From an uncultured delta proteobacterium (GTDB lineage: Bacteria > Bdellovibrionota > FAC87 > UBA2466): DNA of 64,000 bases. Positions 41,101 through 49,850 of this stretch are shown piece by piece; within the stretch, counting starts at the first letter, position 1; every line of letters begins with the position of its first letter. The stretch covers positions 1-64,000 of the forward strand of contig CAVZSV010000001.1 in assembly GCA_963778115.1 (NCBI GenBank), read 5' to 3'. A program made the position numbers and the translations under genes. Under the pieces are notes generated by a model, which did no database searches, was not told where the DNA came from, and was given only the letters and a program-made list of their open reading frames with translations.

Positions 41101-42673
41101 TAACCGTTCCCAAAAATGTGCCGTCGTTTTCTAGAACAACACGATAGTCTCCCATTTCCGGAATCGCTCCGCCGGAAGTAAGGGCCGCGATTCGGGCTCC
41201 CGACTTAACGCTGATTCTTTCGTGGATTCTATCCCACATTAAATAGGCGTAACGGCGTCGACCGGGCGCATAACCTTCGGCGGCCATCTCCACCACTTTC
41301 ATAAAAACTTCTCGAGTCAAATCGCGAAATGGCCACGCCTGGGAAAACAGTTGGAAGGCCTCGTCAACGGGAATTCCCGCTTCCAGTTCCCTCCCCGCAC
41401 ACTCGGCGATGATTTGCTGAACCAAGATGTCTACTGGAGCAACAGGTATTTCGATCCGATCGAGATTTCCTTCACGAACTGCTTTGATTAGCGCAAAAGA
41501 CTCGACGAGTTCATCACGACTCAGCGGAACGAGGCGCCCCTTGGGAGTGGCTTTAATGGCATGACCGGAGCGGCCTATCCGCTGCAAGAAAGTAGCTATA
41601 GAAAACGGAACTCCCAATTGGCAAACGAGATCGATGTATCCGATATCAATTCCTAACTCCAGGGAAGCTGTTGCGACGATCGCCCTAAGTTTTCCCTCCT
41701 TAAGTAGCGTTTCCGCGTCCAATCGTCGATTCTTTGACAGACTTCCATGATGGCAGAGAACCGCATCTTCACCCAAAACCTCAGCCAGGCGAAACGCGAC
41801 ACGCTCGGCCAGGCGACGAGTATTCACGAACAATAGCGTACTTCGATGATTTCTTATTTGCTCCGCAAGAAGTTGATAGATCTCTTCCCACTGCTCGTGG
41901 CTGGTGAGTGTACTTAAGGGACTTGCCGGCACGATAAGATTGAGATCTAAATCCCGCTTATGCCCTACGTCTATAATTTTGCAGGGATTGGATTTCCTCT
42001 TTGTTCCACTCTTGGGATCCACGCCTACCAAGAAATTTGCGATCTCTTCCACAGGCTTTTGGGTTGCCGATAACCCGATCAGGGTCGGAGGCTTTTTGGT
42101 AATAGCTTTTAGCCTCTGCAGACTGAGCGTCATGTGCGAACCGCGCTTATCACGCGCCAGCGCGTGGATTTCGTCCACAATGACGGTCTCCACCGTTCTA
42201 AGGGCATGACGCCCTTTTTCACTGGTCAGCATGAGATAAAGAGATTCAGGAGTCGTTACTAAAATATGGGGAGGCGATTTAGAAATCTTTTGGCGTTGGT
42301 ATGAGGGCGTATCGCCCGTACGAACCTGGGCCCTAATTTCTGGAATCTTGATCCACTTTTTTACGAGCTCTTTTTGAATCTCGGCGAGCGGGGTTTCCAA
42401 GTTCTTTTTGATGTCACTAGCCAAAGCCTTCAGCGGGGATAAATAGAGAACTTTGCACTCTTGCGCCAAACCGCCCTTGATGGCTTCCTGCACGAGGCTA
42501 TCAATGCAAACTAAAAAAGCAGCTAAAGTCTTACCAGAACCGGTGGGGGCAGCTATTAAAACATTTTCTTTCCTCGCTATGCAAGGCCACCCCAAGCGCT
42601 GGGGTTCGGTAGGCATACCAAACCGGGCGGTAAACCATCGCGAAATAACGGGATGAAACAGGTCGAGCGGCAT
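38177..42673 (-). CDS. lhr: Long-form Lhr ATP-dependent helicase
   Basis: APTGSGKT, DEIH, LSAT, HHGSLS, SLELGID and QRIGRSGH, plus a C-terminal RYGVVFR..EARGEVRGGRF..GEQFA domain; 1498 aa. Confidence 0.94.
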   Translation of the reverse strand: MPLDLFHPVISRWFTARFGMPTEPQRLGWPCIARKENVLIAAPTGSGKTLAAFLVCIDSLVQEAIKGGLAQECKVLYLSPLKALASDIKKNLETPLAEIQKELVKKWIKIPEIRAQVRTGDTPSYQRQKISKSPPHILVTTPESLYLMLTSEKGRHALRTVETVIVDEIHALARDKRGSHMTLSLQRLKAITKKPPTLIGLSATQKPVEEIANFLVGVDPKSGTKRKSNPCKIIDVGHKRDLDLNLIVPASPLSTLTSHEQWEEIYQLLAEQIRNHRSTLLFVNTRRLAERVAFRLAEVLGEDAVLCHHGSLSKNRRLDAETLLKEGKLRAIVATASLELGIDIGYIDLVCQLGVPFSIATFLQRIGRSGHAIKATPKGRLVPLSRDELVESFALIKAVREGNLDRIEIPVAPVDILVQQIIAECAGRELEAGIPVDEAFQLFSQAWPFRDLTREVFMKVVEMAAEGYAPGRRRYAYLMWDRIHERISVKSGARIAALTSGGAIPEMGDYRVVLENDGTFLGTVNEDFAIESLAGDIFVLGTHSWKIKWVRGGEVVVEDAQGQPPSIPFWLGEAPGRTKEFSEAVSSLRKEIGDNLSEENLAEGKTLTLETIEQLKKMPTTPFDTAKEWLRSKTGLDKAGENWPLLQAVHYIAAEKAALGVVPSREKVVFERFFDDVGGMHLVIHSSYGARMNRGWGLALRKRFCRQFDFELQASADDDGIVLSLGPQQAFALESFFKMLNEGNIEHFLTQALLQAPMFAARWRWNITRSLAVLRQIKGKRTPPALQRFRSEDLLTAVFPAQTACPENGAANGVVDIALPDHPLVTQTVHDCLTEAMDITGLKSLFRDIDNGKVKLIAKDTREPSPFAYQLVNSFPFAYLDDAPAEDRRTRSISMRPAISVQDLQDLARMDPGAIEQVKDEAWPDPRTADELYETLVVTPAFPVSRLCSLNEFTKALIDEKRAAYAKVKIGQHTLKFLVAAESVPLLKAAYEAIQFSQPTPVPNASATLIPRDRACQEILKGWLDISGPAEESELVELFGIDNVENHLAAAEAKGEILRCKLNPQNTVYSHWCSRGLLRRIHRLTVENLRERIRPVATEDYFEYLFEAHGLNLGSADQVQQETYDAEALLRVVETLQGFESPALSWERELFPGRLASYDPSWLDQLTSHGLVAFGRLTSKKARLRALGRSQKVTSAMPLSFVLRGDWNWIALADVETADPRVLSADADSVWSALKSGGAQFVDELEDRTRLLQTQVEAALGELAAEGLVTCDHFHALRNIISPSKSEKTRASRGLPRRFQKRSLVGSLGGRWSVLKKAENDFLRREETVEKWAWQLMVRYGVVFRDLLQRESLAPSWGDLVRALRKLEARGEVRGGRFILGVSGEQFALTETFEKLIKIREERAQGKRHGSYAVISSADPLNLIGIVTKGPKIASGAKTRILFEEGSVSAVFEGNEIRAQREISEERLRALRLIGTYRGQPPVVSLRTKRGLGDTSPV

Positions 42674-42774
42674 GGCTAGACCATATCCGATTTGGGGAGC
42701 TCTGAAGCAATATTTTTGTGCGCTTCAGGGCTGCAAAGAAATGGGCCCCTAGAAACGCTGCGGCACATTTGCCA

Positions 42775-43269
42775 TTACGGGGGGGTAACGCCAAAGCTAT
42801 GAGTAAGCTCGACTTTTTTGCCTTTGAAGGCATCGAAAATTTCTCGGTGAGCGAACACAGAGAATTCGTCTTTTCGAATGAGGTAATCTCTTACCCAGGC
42901 TACTAACATTTCAAGGTTAGCATCCTGTGCTTGCTTGGAAGGATATTTGTAGGGTTCCCAGGGGCGGGATCGACAATGGGTGACACAGGCTTCAATACCG
43001 GGATTGAGAAAGATCATTTCGGTGCAATAGGGCGTTACCAGGCGCAAAAGATCGGCGTAACAACCCTCGATGACCCAGTCGGAATGGGCTACGACAAATC
43101 TTTCGATTTCGGGTTTGCTCCGGTCGATAGGTCTGCGTGAAGGGGGAATGACGGGGAGCCACGCCAACGTATCCAGATCGAGATGTTTGAGCTTTTGCTG
43201 CTGAGAAAGCCGCTTTGCCAAGGTCGACTTGCCTGCTCCTGAATTTCCAAATATCAAGACTCGCTTCAT
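42775..43269 (-). CDS. P-loop kinase-like protein (topology modulation/FlaR-like)
   Basis: GNSGAGKST, LDTLAW and WVIEGCY motifs. Confidence 0.8.
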   Translation of the reverse strand: MKRVLIFGNSGAGKSTLAKRLSQQQKLKHLDLDTLAWLPVIPPSRRPIDRSKPEIERFVVAHSDWVIEGCYADLLRLVTPYCTEMIFLNPGIEACVTHCRSRPWEPYKYPSKQAQDANLEMLVAWVRDYLIRKDEFSVFAHREIFDAFKGKKVELTHSFGVTPP

Positions 43270-43343
43270 GCTTAATCCCTACGGAGTCGCTTTACCCATT
43301 TCCACGCCCTTTAGGACAGGGTATCGTAGTGGGTAATCATTAT

Positions 43344-43532
43344 ATGGCAACTACTCAAACAATGTGGGTTCTGCAATGGGACCGGTACACGGAAATAGCC
43401 AAGAGCCAGAATGCGCCTCCCGAATTTTGGACGGAGTACCAGAAGATTACGCTTCCCACGGACGGGCAGATCACTGAACTTGAGATCCAAAAGCTTAAAG
43501 GCTTAATGGCCCGCTTTAAACTGACGCTTTAA
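43344..43532 (+). CDS. Small hypothetical protein
   Basis: The 3' part of ORF 43215..43532 from ATG 43344 fills the intergenic gap. Confidence 0.45.
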   Translation: MATTQTMWVLQWDRYTEIAKSQNAPPEFWTEYQKITLPTDGQITELEIQKLKGLMARFKLTL

Positions 43533-43535
43533 GTT

Positions 43536-44630
43536 CTAACTCGCGGCACAATATCCAGATCCCACTTGGGGAGCCCAGACCTTAGTCCCGGTAGTGCATG
43601 AGAGTGGAGGAGTTGGGCTATAACTGGCGCAATTTGACGAAGTGTAGGTTCCATTGATCTGAAGGCTTAGCTCGGCACACTGAGCCCCACTAGGATCGTT
43701 CCAAAACTCACCGGCAAACGTGTTCGTTCCCGCTTGAAGGATACTGCTTAAATCGACGGAAGCTCCGTTGCAGCTAGCACCGTAACTCTGGGTATGATCG
43801 TTTAAAATCGAAGTGCCATTCAACGTAATAATAGCACCACTGTCATCGACGCAATAACCGCTGAGGGTAGCCGAAATATTGGACGCATCCGACGGTAAAA
43901 TCAACTGGGTTTGGGTGATGTTCAAGTAACCTGTTCCCGGATAGCTACAATTCCAAAAAAGATTCATGTTATAGATTTGACACGTCTGCGGAGGGGAAGG
44001 GGCGGTGTAAGTCGCTAAGGGCAATACGTCGCTTACCACGACACTACGAATCTTATTTTGCGTGACACTGTTCCAAGTCACGCCCACCGTAACTAAGTAG
44101 GTTTCATTCGTTCCCAAGGAAAACGTAGGCGTTATCGTTTGCCCGCAATAAGAAGTATCAACTTGCAGCGTAGTCATATCGACCACCTGCGCTTGATAAA
44201 ACCGGTTGGGAAGATTTTGTCCCGGCCCCGTGGCGGTAGCGATTTCACGGTAAGGCGGCAATAAAGTAGAAGACCCGCTTGTGATAGGGGCCGAAACAAT
44301 ATCCGCCAAGGGATCGCGATTAAGAATGTTTCCGGAAGTACTCGTATCGGCGATATTGATCTGGGCGCAAAGTGGATAAGCGCCAAGCGAGGAATTCACG
44401 GGATTCGTTATCAAATGGGCTTCAAATCCCGTTGGCGTTTCCGAACGAAAAAGTTCCAGTAGCTCAGACGCATAAGCGTCCGCCACGACGGTTTCCAAAT
44501 CTTGAGTGGCCACACTTGAAGTAGCTTTAGTTAAAGTCGCAACGCTGTATAAGACGATTCCCGCGGCCACGGTGGCAGCGATCGCCGCTAGAATCTCTGT
44601 ACTGCCTTTAGAGAAACGGCGCATAGTCAT
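43536..44630 (-). CDS. Minor pilin-like protein (PilV-like) with a Cys-rich beta-sandwich C-terminus
   Basis: Basic leader and hydrophobic helix (KGSTEILAAIAA), a VTVGVTW pilin-like strand, then a P-rich linker and an extra domain. Confidence 0.6.
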   Translation of the reverse strand: MTMRRFSKGSTEILAAIAATVAAGIVLYSVATLTKATSSVATQDLETVVADAYASELLELFRSETPTGFEAHLITNPVNSSLGAYPLCAQINIADTSTSGNILNRDPLADIVSAPITSGSSTLLPPYREIATATGPGQNLPNRFYQAQVVDMTTLQVDTSYCGQTITPTFSLGTNETYLVTVGVTWNSVTQNKIRSVVVSDVLPLATYTAPSPPQTCQIYNMNLFWNCSYPGTGYLNITQTQLILPSDASNISATLSGYCVDDSGAIITLNGTSILNDHTQSYGASCNGASVDLSSILQAGTNTFAGEFWNDPSGAQCAELSLQINGTYTSSNCASYSPTPPLSCTTGTKVWAPQVGSGYCAAS

Positions 44631-45388
44631 TAACCTCCAAATTGGTACTTAATCGGCGGACCACCGGGCGCAGATCGGATCCAGAAATCACCCTGCAATG
44701 AAATGTAATGGGGCGTTTTCAGGTTGGTCGAAGAAAACGAGCTAAGAAAAAACCTTACAAAATATCCATTCGGGGTCGGTACCGTGGGGGAATTGGCGTT
44801 GAGATCCGCCGTATGAATCGTGGCAATATTGCGGTTCCCCGGGTTGGCCGAGTTATTCGCCGAAGTATTCGTTTCAATGGGACAAGAAGTCGTGTGGTCG
44901 TCGCAAATAACAAAACCTGAATTTCCAGAGGGATCGGAGATGTTCGGATAGACCAATTGGGGTGTTCCACTAGGGCTCAAGCTAGGAATGGTCGACGTGG
45001 TAGTTTGGATAAAATAATTTACCACGGGAGTTGACTTACCCGTGACGGGATCGGTTCCTACATCCGCCACCCAATCGACTTGATATAAGTTAGCACCGGT
45101 AGGAGGAAGTCCTTTATCCACGACACAACGAAGATCCGTCTTAGTGGCGGGAGTGCCAGTGGTCGTCGCTATACATGCTGTCGCCGCGTGTCCGACCTGC
45201 TCAATCGAATTATATAAATTTAGCAGCATACCTTCGGAGTTGGTGGTGTCTACGGAGGATCCACTCCCCTGCAAAATGAGGCTAACTCCGGTAACAAGGG
45301 CGTACGTAGTCAAAAGACCCACTGTCAAGCCGACAGACAGTTCCAATAGGGACACCCCACGCTTGGATCGGAGAATGTAAAGCCGCAT
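44630..45388 (-). CDS. Type IV minor pilin (PilW-like)
   Basis: Class III signal KRG|VSLLE with Glu at +5. Confidence 0.75.
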   Translation of the reverse strand: MRLYILRSKRGVSLLELSVGLTVGLLTTYALVTGVSLILQGSGSSVDTTNSEGMLLNLYNSIEQVGHAATACIATTTGTPATKTDLRCVVDKGLPPTGANLYQVDWVADVGTDPVTGKSTPVVNYFIQTTTSTIPSLSPSGTPQLVYPNISDPSGNSGFVICDDHTTSCPIETNTSANNSANPGNRNIATIHTADLNANSPTVPTPNGYFVRFFLSSFSSTNLKTPHYISLQGDFWIRSAPGGPPIKYQFGG

Positions 45389-45449
45389 ACCGTGCCTTTA
45401 TAATTTCAGGGGGAGATTCTGCTATAATGGTATCGTTAAACCCAAAACA

Positions 45450-46958
45450 ATGAAAATCCTAAATCGCATAGGCCAGATATCATTGCCTTTAATGATAAGT
45501 CTGGGGGCGATTTTGCTCGCCGCAACGACAGCCATTTTTACCAACTCTGCCCAGCGTTCGAAGAGCAAAGTGGCCGCCACTAATTTTATGGAAGGTTATT
45601 ACGCCAGTGAGATAGCGGCACAATATGCGTATGCCAAAGTAACCATTGGAGGATCGGTCCAAAATAATTCCGCGGTACCTCTTGTGAATTCGTATTCGGT
45701 TACGCAAGGAGCTCAATCTACCTACAACCCGACTTCCTACACGACAGGAACTCCTCTGCCGCTCGCGTCTACTTCAGGCTTGGATCCCCTTAACGCCATA
45801 GTGCGCCGGCTGGCTAGTAACGAACTTACGGTCCAAATTCCGACGAACGAATCTGGGGTCTACTGTGGTCAGATGACGTTTCCCCCCAATTCAGTAACTC
45901 AAAACTGTATTTCCCTTCCGCCCCCGTCCCCTCCCCCTACGTTACCGGTGCCTGGTGCGTGCACTCAAAGTCAAATCGTCACGGGAACCAAAACTATCAC
46001 GTCGACAACGCGATCCGTATATAAGGGGATGCCGATGTGTCGTGACAGCCAAGCCCCCTGGTGCGTGGGCTGGTATCAAGATCAGGTCACGCCTACCTCA
46101 TCGCCCATCACGGTGATGTCATCACCTTCGCTTCAGGCCGGATGGAAAATATCAACGAGTAATTTAGGAGGAGGTTTTCTACAATGGAGAGCTTCTCCGC
46201 TGACCTCTCTCTCTATCCCGTGTGCTGATAATATAGATCCCATTCAGCCGAATATTACCTCTATCCTTCAGTTCACCGACAACTCCGGAAATCCGGTGCC
46301 CATCGTCTTCCCCAACCCCCTGCCCGCGGGATTGCGTAAAACCACCTATGGGGATGCGGTATCAGTGTATGACCTGACGCAAAATTACGTTACGGTTCCC
46401 TCGGGGGTGGCTCAACTTAACGGCGGATTCACCGACGACTATTTCGGAGACAATTTCGGCCAGTGCACTTTCGTCCTAACGGAAAGCCCTCCTTCCCCTT
46501 GTCCCGATCCCCAGCGATCAACGACGATGCATATCATCGATGACAGCGGAGCGACTTATGTCGGGACTTGGACGGTCGCGAGCGGGGTTGCTGGTGCTTT
46601 TGGGAATAGCTACCACTACATCGCGGCCAGCAGTGGGGCCACCGCGACTTATACTTTTACTGGTCTTTCTCCCGGAAATTACCAAATCCTAGCTACCTGG
46701 TCGCCGCCGCCCCCGCCGGTGGCCGTTCCCACGGCATCTGACGACGTTCCTTACACGGTTTACGACGGAACGAGCACTACGCCCCTTGGTACTTTTGCCG
46801 TCAATCAATCCATTGCTCCCATTTCTTACACGGGTTCGAATAACTTTCAGGTCTTAGGAAACGTTAGTACGACCACCTCAAAAATCGTCATTACCATCAG
46901 TAACCAAGCCGACGCCGGAAGCGTCATAGCGGATGCCGTCGCCCTTACCTTCCCGTAG
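45450..46958 (+). CDS. PilX-like protein with C-terminal beta-sandwich (golvesin/CBM-like) domains
   Basis: RIG|QISLPLMISL leader without Glu5 and YYASE.AA..A. The C-terminus reads IIDD..GTW..ATYTF..PGNYQI.ATW..ADAV. Confidence 0.65.
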   Translation: MKILNRIGQISLPLMISLGAILLAATTAIFTNSAQRSKSKVAATNFMEGYYASEIAAQYAYAKVTIGGSVQNNSAVPLVNSYSVTQGAQSTYNPTSYTTGTPLPLASTSGLDPLNAIVRRLASNELTVQIPTNESGVYCGQMTFPPNSVTQNCISLPPPSPPPTLPVPGACTQSQIVTGTKTITSTTRSVYKGMPMCRDSQAPWCVGWYQDQVTPTSSPITVMSSPSLQAGWKISTSNLGGGFLQWRASPLTSLSIPCADNIDPIQPNITSILQFTDNSGNPVPIVFPNPLPAGLRKTTYGDAVSVYDLTQNYVTVPSGVAQLNGGFTDDYFGDNFGQCTFVLTESPPSPCPDPQRSTTMHIIDDSGATYVGTWTVASGVAGAFGNSYHYIAASSGATATYTFTGLSPGNYQILATWSPPPPPVAVPTASDDVPYTVYDGTSTTPLGTFAVNQSIAPISYTGSNNFQVLGNVSTTTSKIVITISNQADAGSVIADAVALTFP

Positions 46959-47030
46959 CCTTCGCCAGAGCTTGTCCTTTAGAAGCTTAGTCTTAAGGAT
47001 GAAAACTTTAATTTTTTTTACCCTACATGA

Positions 47031-47049
47031 CCGACTTCAGTGAAGTCGG
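47031..47049. promoter_or_regulatory. Perfect 9-1-9 palindrome (operator or terminator)
   Basis: ccgacttca-g-tgaagtcgg, followed shortly by a T-run and lying upstream of the response regulator. Confidence 0.4.
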
Positions 47050-47084
47050 ACGATTTTTTCTTGAATACCGGCCATTAAAGAACA

Positions 47085-47480
47085 ATGGCAACCAAGAAAA
47101 AAACAAAAAAACTTTCTCTCAACCATTGTCTTCTCGTCGATGACGATGAGGCATGGTTTAACTTACTAAAGCTATTCGTCGATGCTCCCAAACTGATCTA
47201 TTGTTCAAGTGCAGAAAAAGCGCTTGAGATTTTAAGCAGGGACGGCATTCGACTTGTCATTACGGATACCAACATGCCTGGAATGACAGGAATCGATCTC
47301 ACCCGCGAGATTCGAAAGAATCCCCGGTGGGATAATCTCCCTGTCATCGTACTTTTTAGCGGACTGGTCGATTCTAAGATCACCAAAGAGGAAATTCTTC
47401 AGATGGGAGCGACTCTGGTATTGACGAAAGATGAGTTTCTTCCTCAGATCGCAAAACTTATCACTCAGTTTTCGCGCTAG
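47085..47480 (+). CDS. CheY-like single-domain response regulator
   Basis: LLVDDD and ITDTNMPGMTGIDL motifs. Confidence 0.88.
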   Translation: MATKKKTKKLSLNHCLLVDDDEAWFNLLKLFVDAPKLIYCSSAEKALEILSRDGIRLVITDTNMPGMTGIDLTREIRKNPRWDNLPVIVLFSGLVDSKITKEEILQMGATLVLTKDEFLPQIAKLITQFSR

Positions 47481-48555
47481 CCCTCCGAAAAGCGGAGGGA
47501 GCCATTCCGGTTTCTCTCCGGAAGGCCTCGGCGAAGGAAGATTTTGAATTAAATCCGCAGTCCAAAGCGATGTCTAAAATGCTTAAGTGAGCGTATTGCG
47601 GATCTAGGAGGCGACGTTTTGCCTCGAGTATCCGGTAGTGGTTCACAAAAGTATAAAAAGTGCTCTGCAGACCTTGGTTTAGGATCTCTGAGAGTTGATC
47701 CGGGCGCAATCGGAGTCTAGTGGCGAGGGTTGAAAGCTTTAGCGTTGGCTCCAAGTAAGGTTTTTTTTCCTCGAAATATTGGCGAACTCTTTCGGCCTGA
47801 TGGCTCAGTTCTTCAGGCGCAAATCGAGGCACTCTCTGTTTTTCCGAGTCGAAGGACTTGCACTCGGAAAATACTTTGGAATGCTTTAAGGAGAAGTAAG
47901 TTATCGCTCCCAGCATCAAGGTTTGTACCATCGCATGAAATGGATAGAAGGCCTCCACAGGCAGAAAGAGAACCGCAAAAAGTCGACTTGCCCAAAGAAG
48001 GTAGAGCAAAGTCAAAAGCATCCGCAGCCATCCGACCGAAATCTCCGTTTCGCATGAGCGGAGTTCGACAAGTTTTTTCTCATATTCGTAAATGAGATGT
48101 TGGGAGAGATAGAGATAGATTCCGCCCACAATTAGGACGATGAATCGCTTCAGATAAGTCTCGATTCGATAGGCTGCGCTATAGGCGAAAAGCGAGGGAT
48201 CGCCAAAATGAAGCACCGCCAAATACCAAACGGTTCCCAGCCCAACCGGTATGAGGTGAAGCAGATCGCGGCGATTAAGAATTATTTTGGGAGTTATTAG
48301 AAACTTTAGATAGAGAAATGCTATCGAGAGAAAGAGTAGTGTGACGGGAAATGCTAAATTCTCGGTCAGAGGGAAGCGAAAGCCCACTCCGAAAGCCTGC
48401 AAATAATAGAGATGGTTGTGCAACAAAGTCAGAAAAATCAAAAAAGCAAAAATTCGATTCGAAATCCGGTTGTCTTTTTGAAATAGCAAGGCAAGAATGA
48501 AAGTTCCGCCTAAGAAATCGCTAATCGCAAGCGTCGCTGTCCACAACATTTCCAC
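47461..48555 (-). CDS. Membrane-anchored AraC family regulator
   Basis: About seven TM segments followed by KPYLEP.L..F.N.YRI..IALDCGFNSKSSF. Confidence 0.9.
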   Translation of the reverse strand: MEMLWTATLAISDFLGGTFILALLFQKDNRISNRIFAFLIFLTLLHNHLYYLQAFGVGFRFPLTENLAFPVTLLFLSIAFLYLKFLITPKIILNRRDLLHLIPVGLGTVWYLAVLHFGDPSLFAYSAAYRIETYLKRFIVLIVGGIYLYLSQHLIYEYEKKLVELRSCETEISVGWLRMLLTLLYLLWASRLFAVLFLPVEAFYPFHAMVQTLMLGAITYFSLKHSKVFSECKSFDSEKQRVPRFAPEELSHQAERVRQYFEEKKPYLEPTLKLSTLATRLRLRPDQLSEILNQGLQSTFYTFVNHYRILEAKRRLLDPQYAHLSILDIALDCGFNSKSSFAEAFRRETGMAPSAFRRASAKTE

Positions 48556-48632
48556 GTGGCGGATTCTAGATTTTCTAAGATGGGGTGTCCACCCCTTCCA
48601 GCGATCAACAGCCGCTGCTCAAAAGCATGGGC

Positions 48633-49064
48633 TCAATGGCTCATCTGGCAAACATAACGATCGAGTTCAATTCCGTCGGTAGAGGTGTCTCCCCCGAATA
48701 ACAGGTAAACATCGCTGATGGACTGATCGGAATTAAAGTAGACAGGAATGGCGAGAATAGAGGGAGCTTCTCCGTCCGGAGGAGTAAAGGATTGGCTCAC
48801 ATCCACTTCGACGGTTCCGTCCAAACTTCCATCCGTTTTTAGACTGCCGACGTAGGTTCCGGCTTTTAGCGTCCCCTGACTACGGACCAGATCTTTGTTG
48901 AGTATCACATTAGCTTTTGAGGAATCGATCGTCGAAGAGATGGTTAGATTAGGATCATCAAGATTGAGTCCCGGCTGGCACTTCCATTGACTGTCCGCCG
49001 CGGCATTTTCGCTCACCGACGTCAAGAATACCATCGACAAAAAAATCGAAATAGGGATACGCAT
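48633..49064 (-). CDS. Secreted hypothetical protein
   Basis: Signal peptide, GAGGA RBS and a terminal Cys pair. Confidence 0.65.
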   Translation of the reverse strand: MRIPISIFLSMVFLTSVSENAAADSQWKCQPGLNLDDPNLTISSTIDSSKANVILNKDLVRSQGTLKAGTYVGSLKTDGSLDGTVEVDVSQSFTPPDGEAPSILAIPVYFNSDQSISDVYLLFGGDTSTDGIELDRYVCQMSH

Positions 49065-49235
49065 ATCTTGTCCTCAGGGAAAAGTTTGCCCTAAGAAACT
49101 ATCATGCGCCCCCTATCGCTCTAAAGACTCGCCGTACCAACCGCAAATTATCCTGCTTAACGGTTTCCGGGGAGACACCGGCGTTGAAGGGCTCGACTGG
49201 AATCGGATGGCCTTAGGCCGCTACATTCGCCGCCG

Positions 49236-49809
49236 GTGATGTATGGCCTTCACGAAACGGTAGCAACGCTGGCTTTTGCTGCCGGACGAAGCCATACGAC
49301 GATTCAAGATGCATTAGCCATTCCCGAAGACGATCCCTACCGCAGAGTGGTCCGGCTGGAAAAGGAGCACAATCCGGATCTCATGGAGACCGCGTCCCTT
49401 TTAGTACTGGTGGCCATGGTAGGTAGGGGCGGGAGGTGAACTCGTTTATAAAAGTGGAAAGCTTGTGCTCGTTACCGCAAAATCCCTCGATTGGCTTTCT
49501 CAGCAAACTCCCAACGATCCTACCGCTGATTTCCCCTTTTGGAAGCGATTCGCCGTAAAAGCCGATGGAGCGCGTAAAACTACCTTTACGTCTCTTTTCG
49601 GTGCCAACATTTTTCTGTATTCCCATCCTGATATCCCTATCGGGCTTGTCGGACATCGAAATGCCGAGATGGGGGATCGTGGTCTTGCGCATTTACAGTC
49701 TCGGGACGACGAGAGAGAAACGCGTCCGCTGCTAGTAATAGAGGGCATGGCGCATCTCAAAGGTTGGGCGCCCCTTCTTGAAGAGCACGGGTTTCAACGC
49801 GTTCTTTAG
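49236..49809 (+). CDS. Hypothetical protein split by a frameshift at ~49430
   Basis: Removing one G in ggggcggg joins ORF 49236..49439 to GGELVYKSGKLVLVTAK of ORF 49465..49809. Confidence 0.5.
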
Positions 49810-49850
49810 GAACATTGGACAACTCGGCCAAGCTGTGTCTCAATTTCCCG

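Noticed and set aside
38177..42673. Lhr as a novel defence helicase
   Set aside because: Length and motifs match the known long-form Lhr repair helicase, and no defence-type partners are adjacent.
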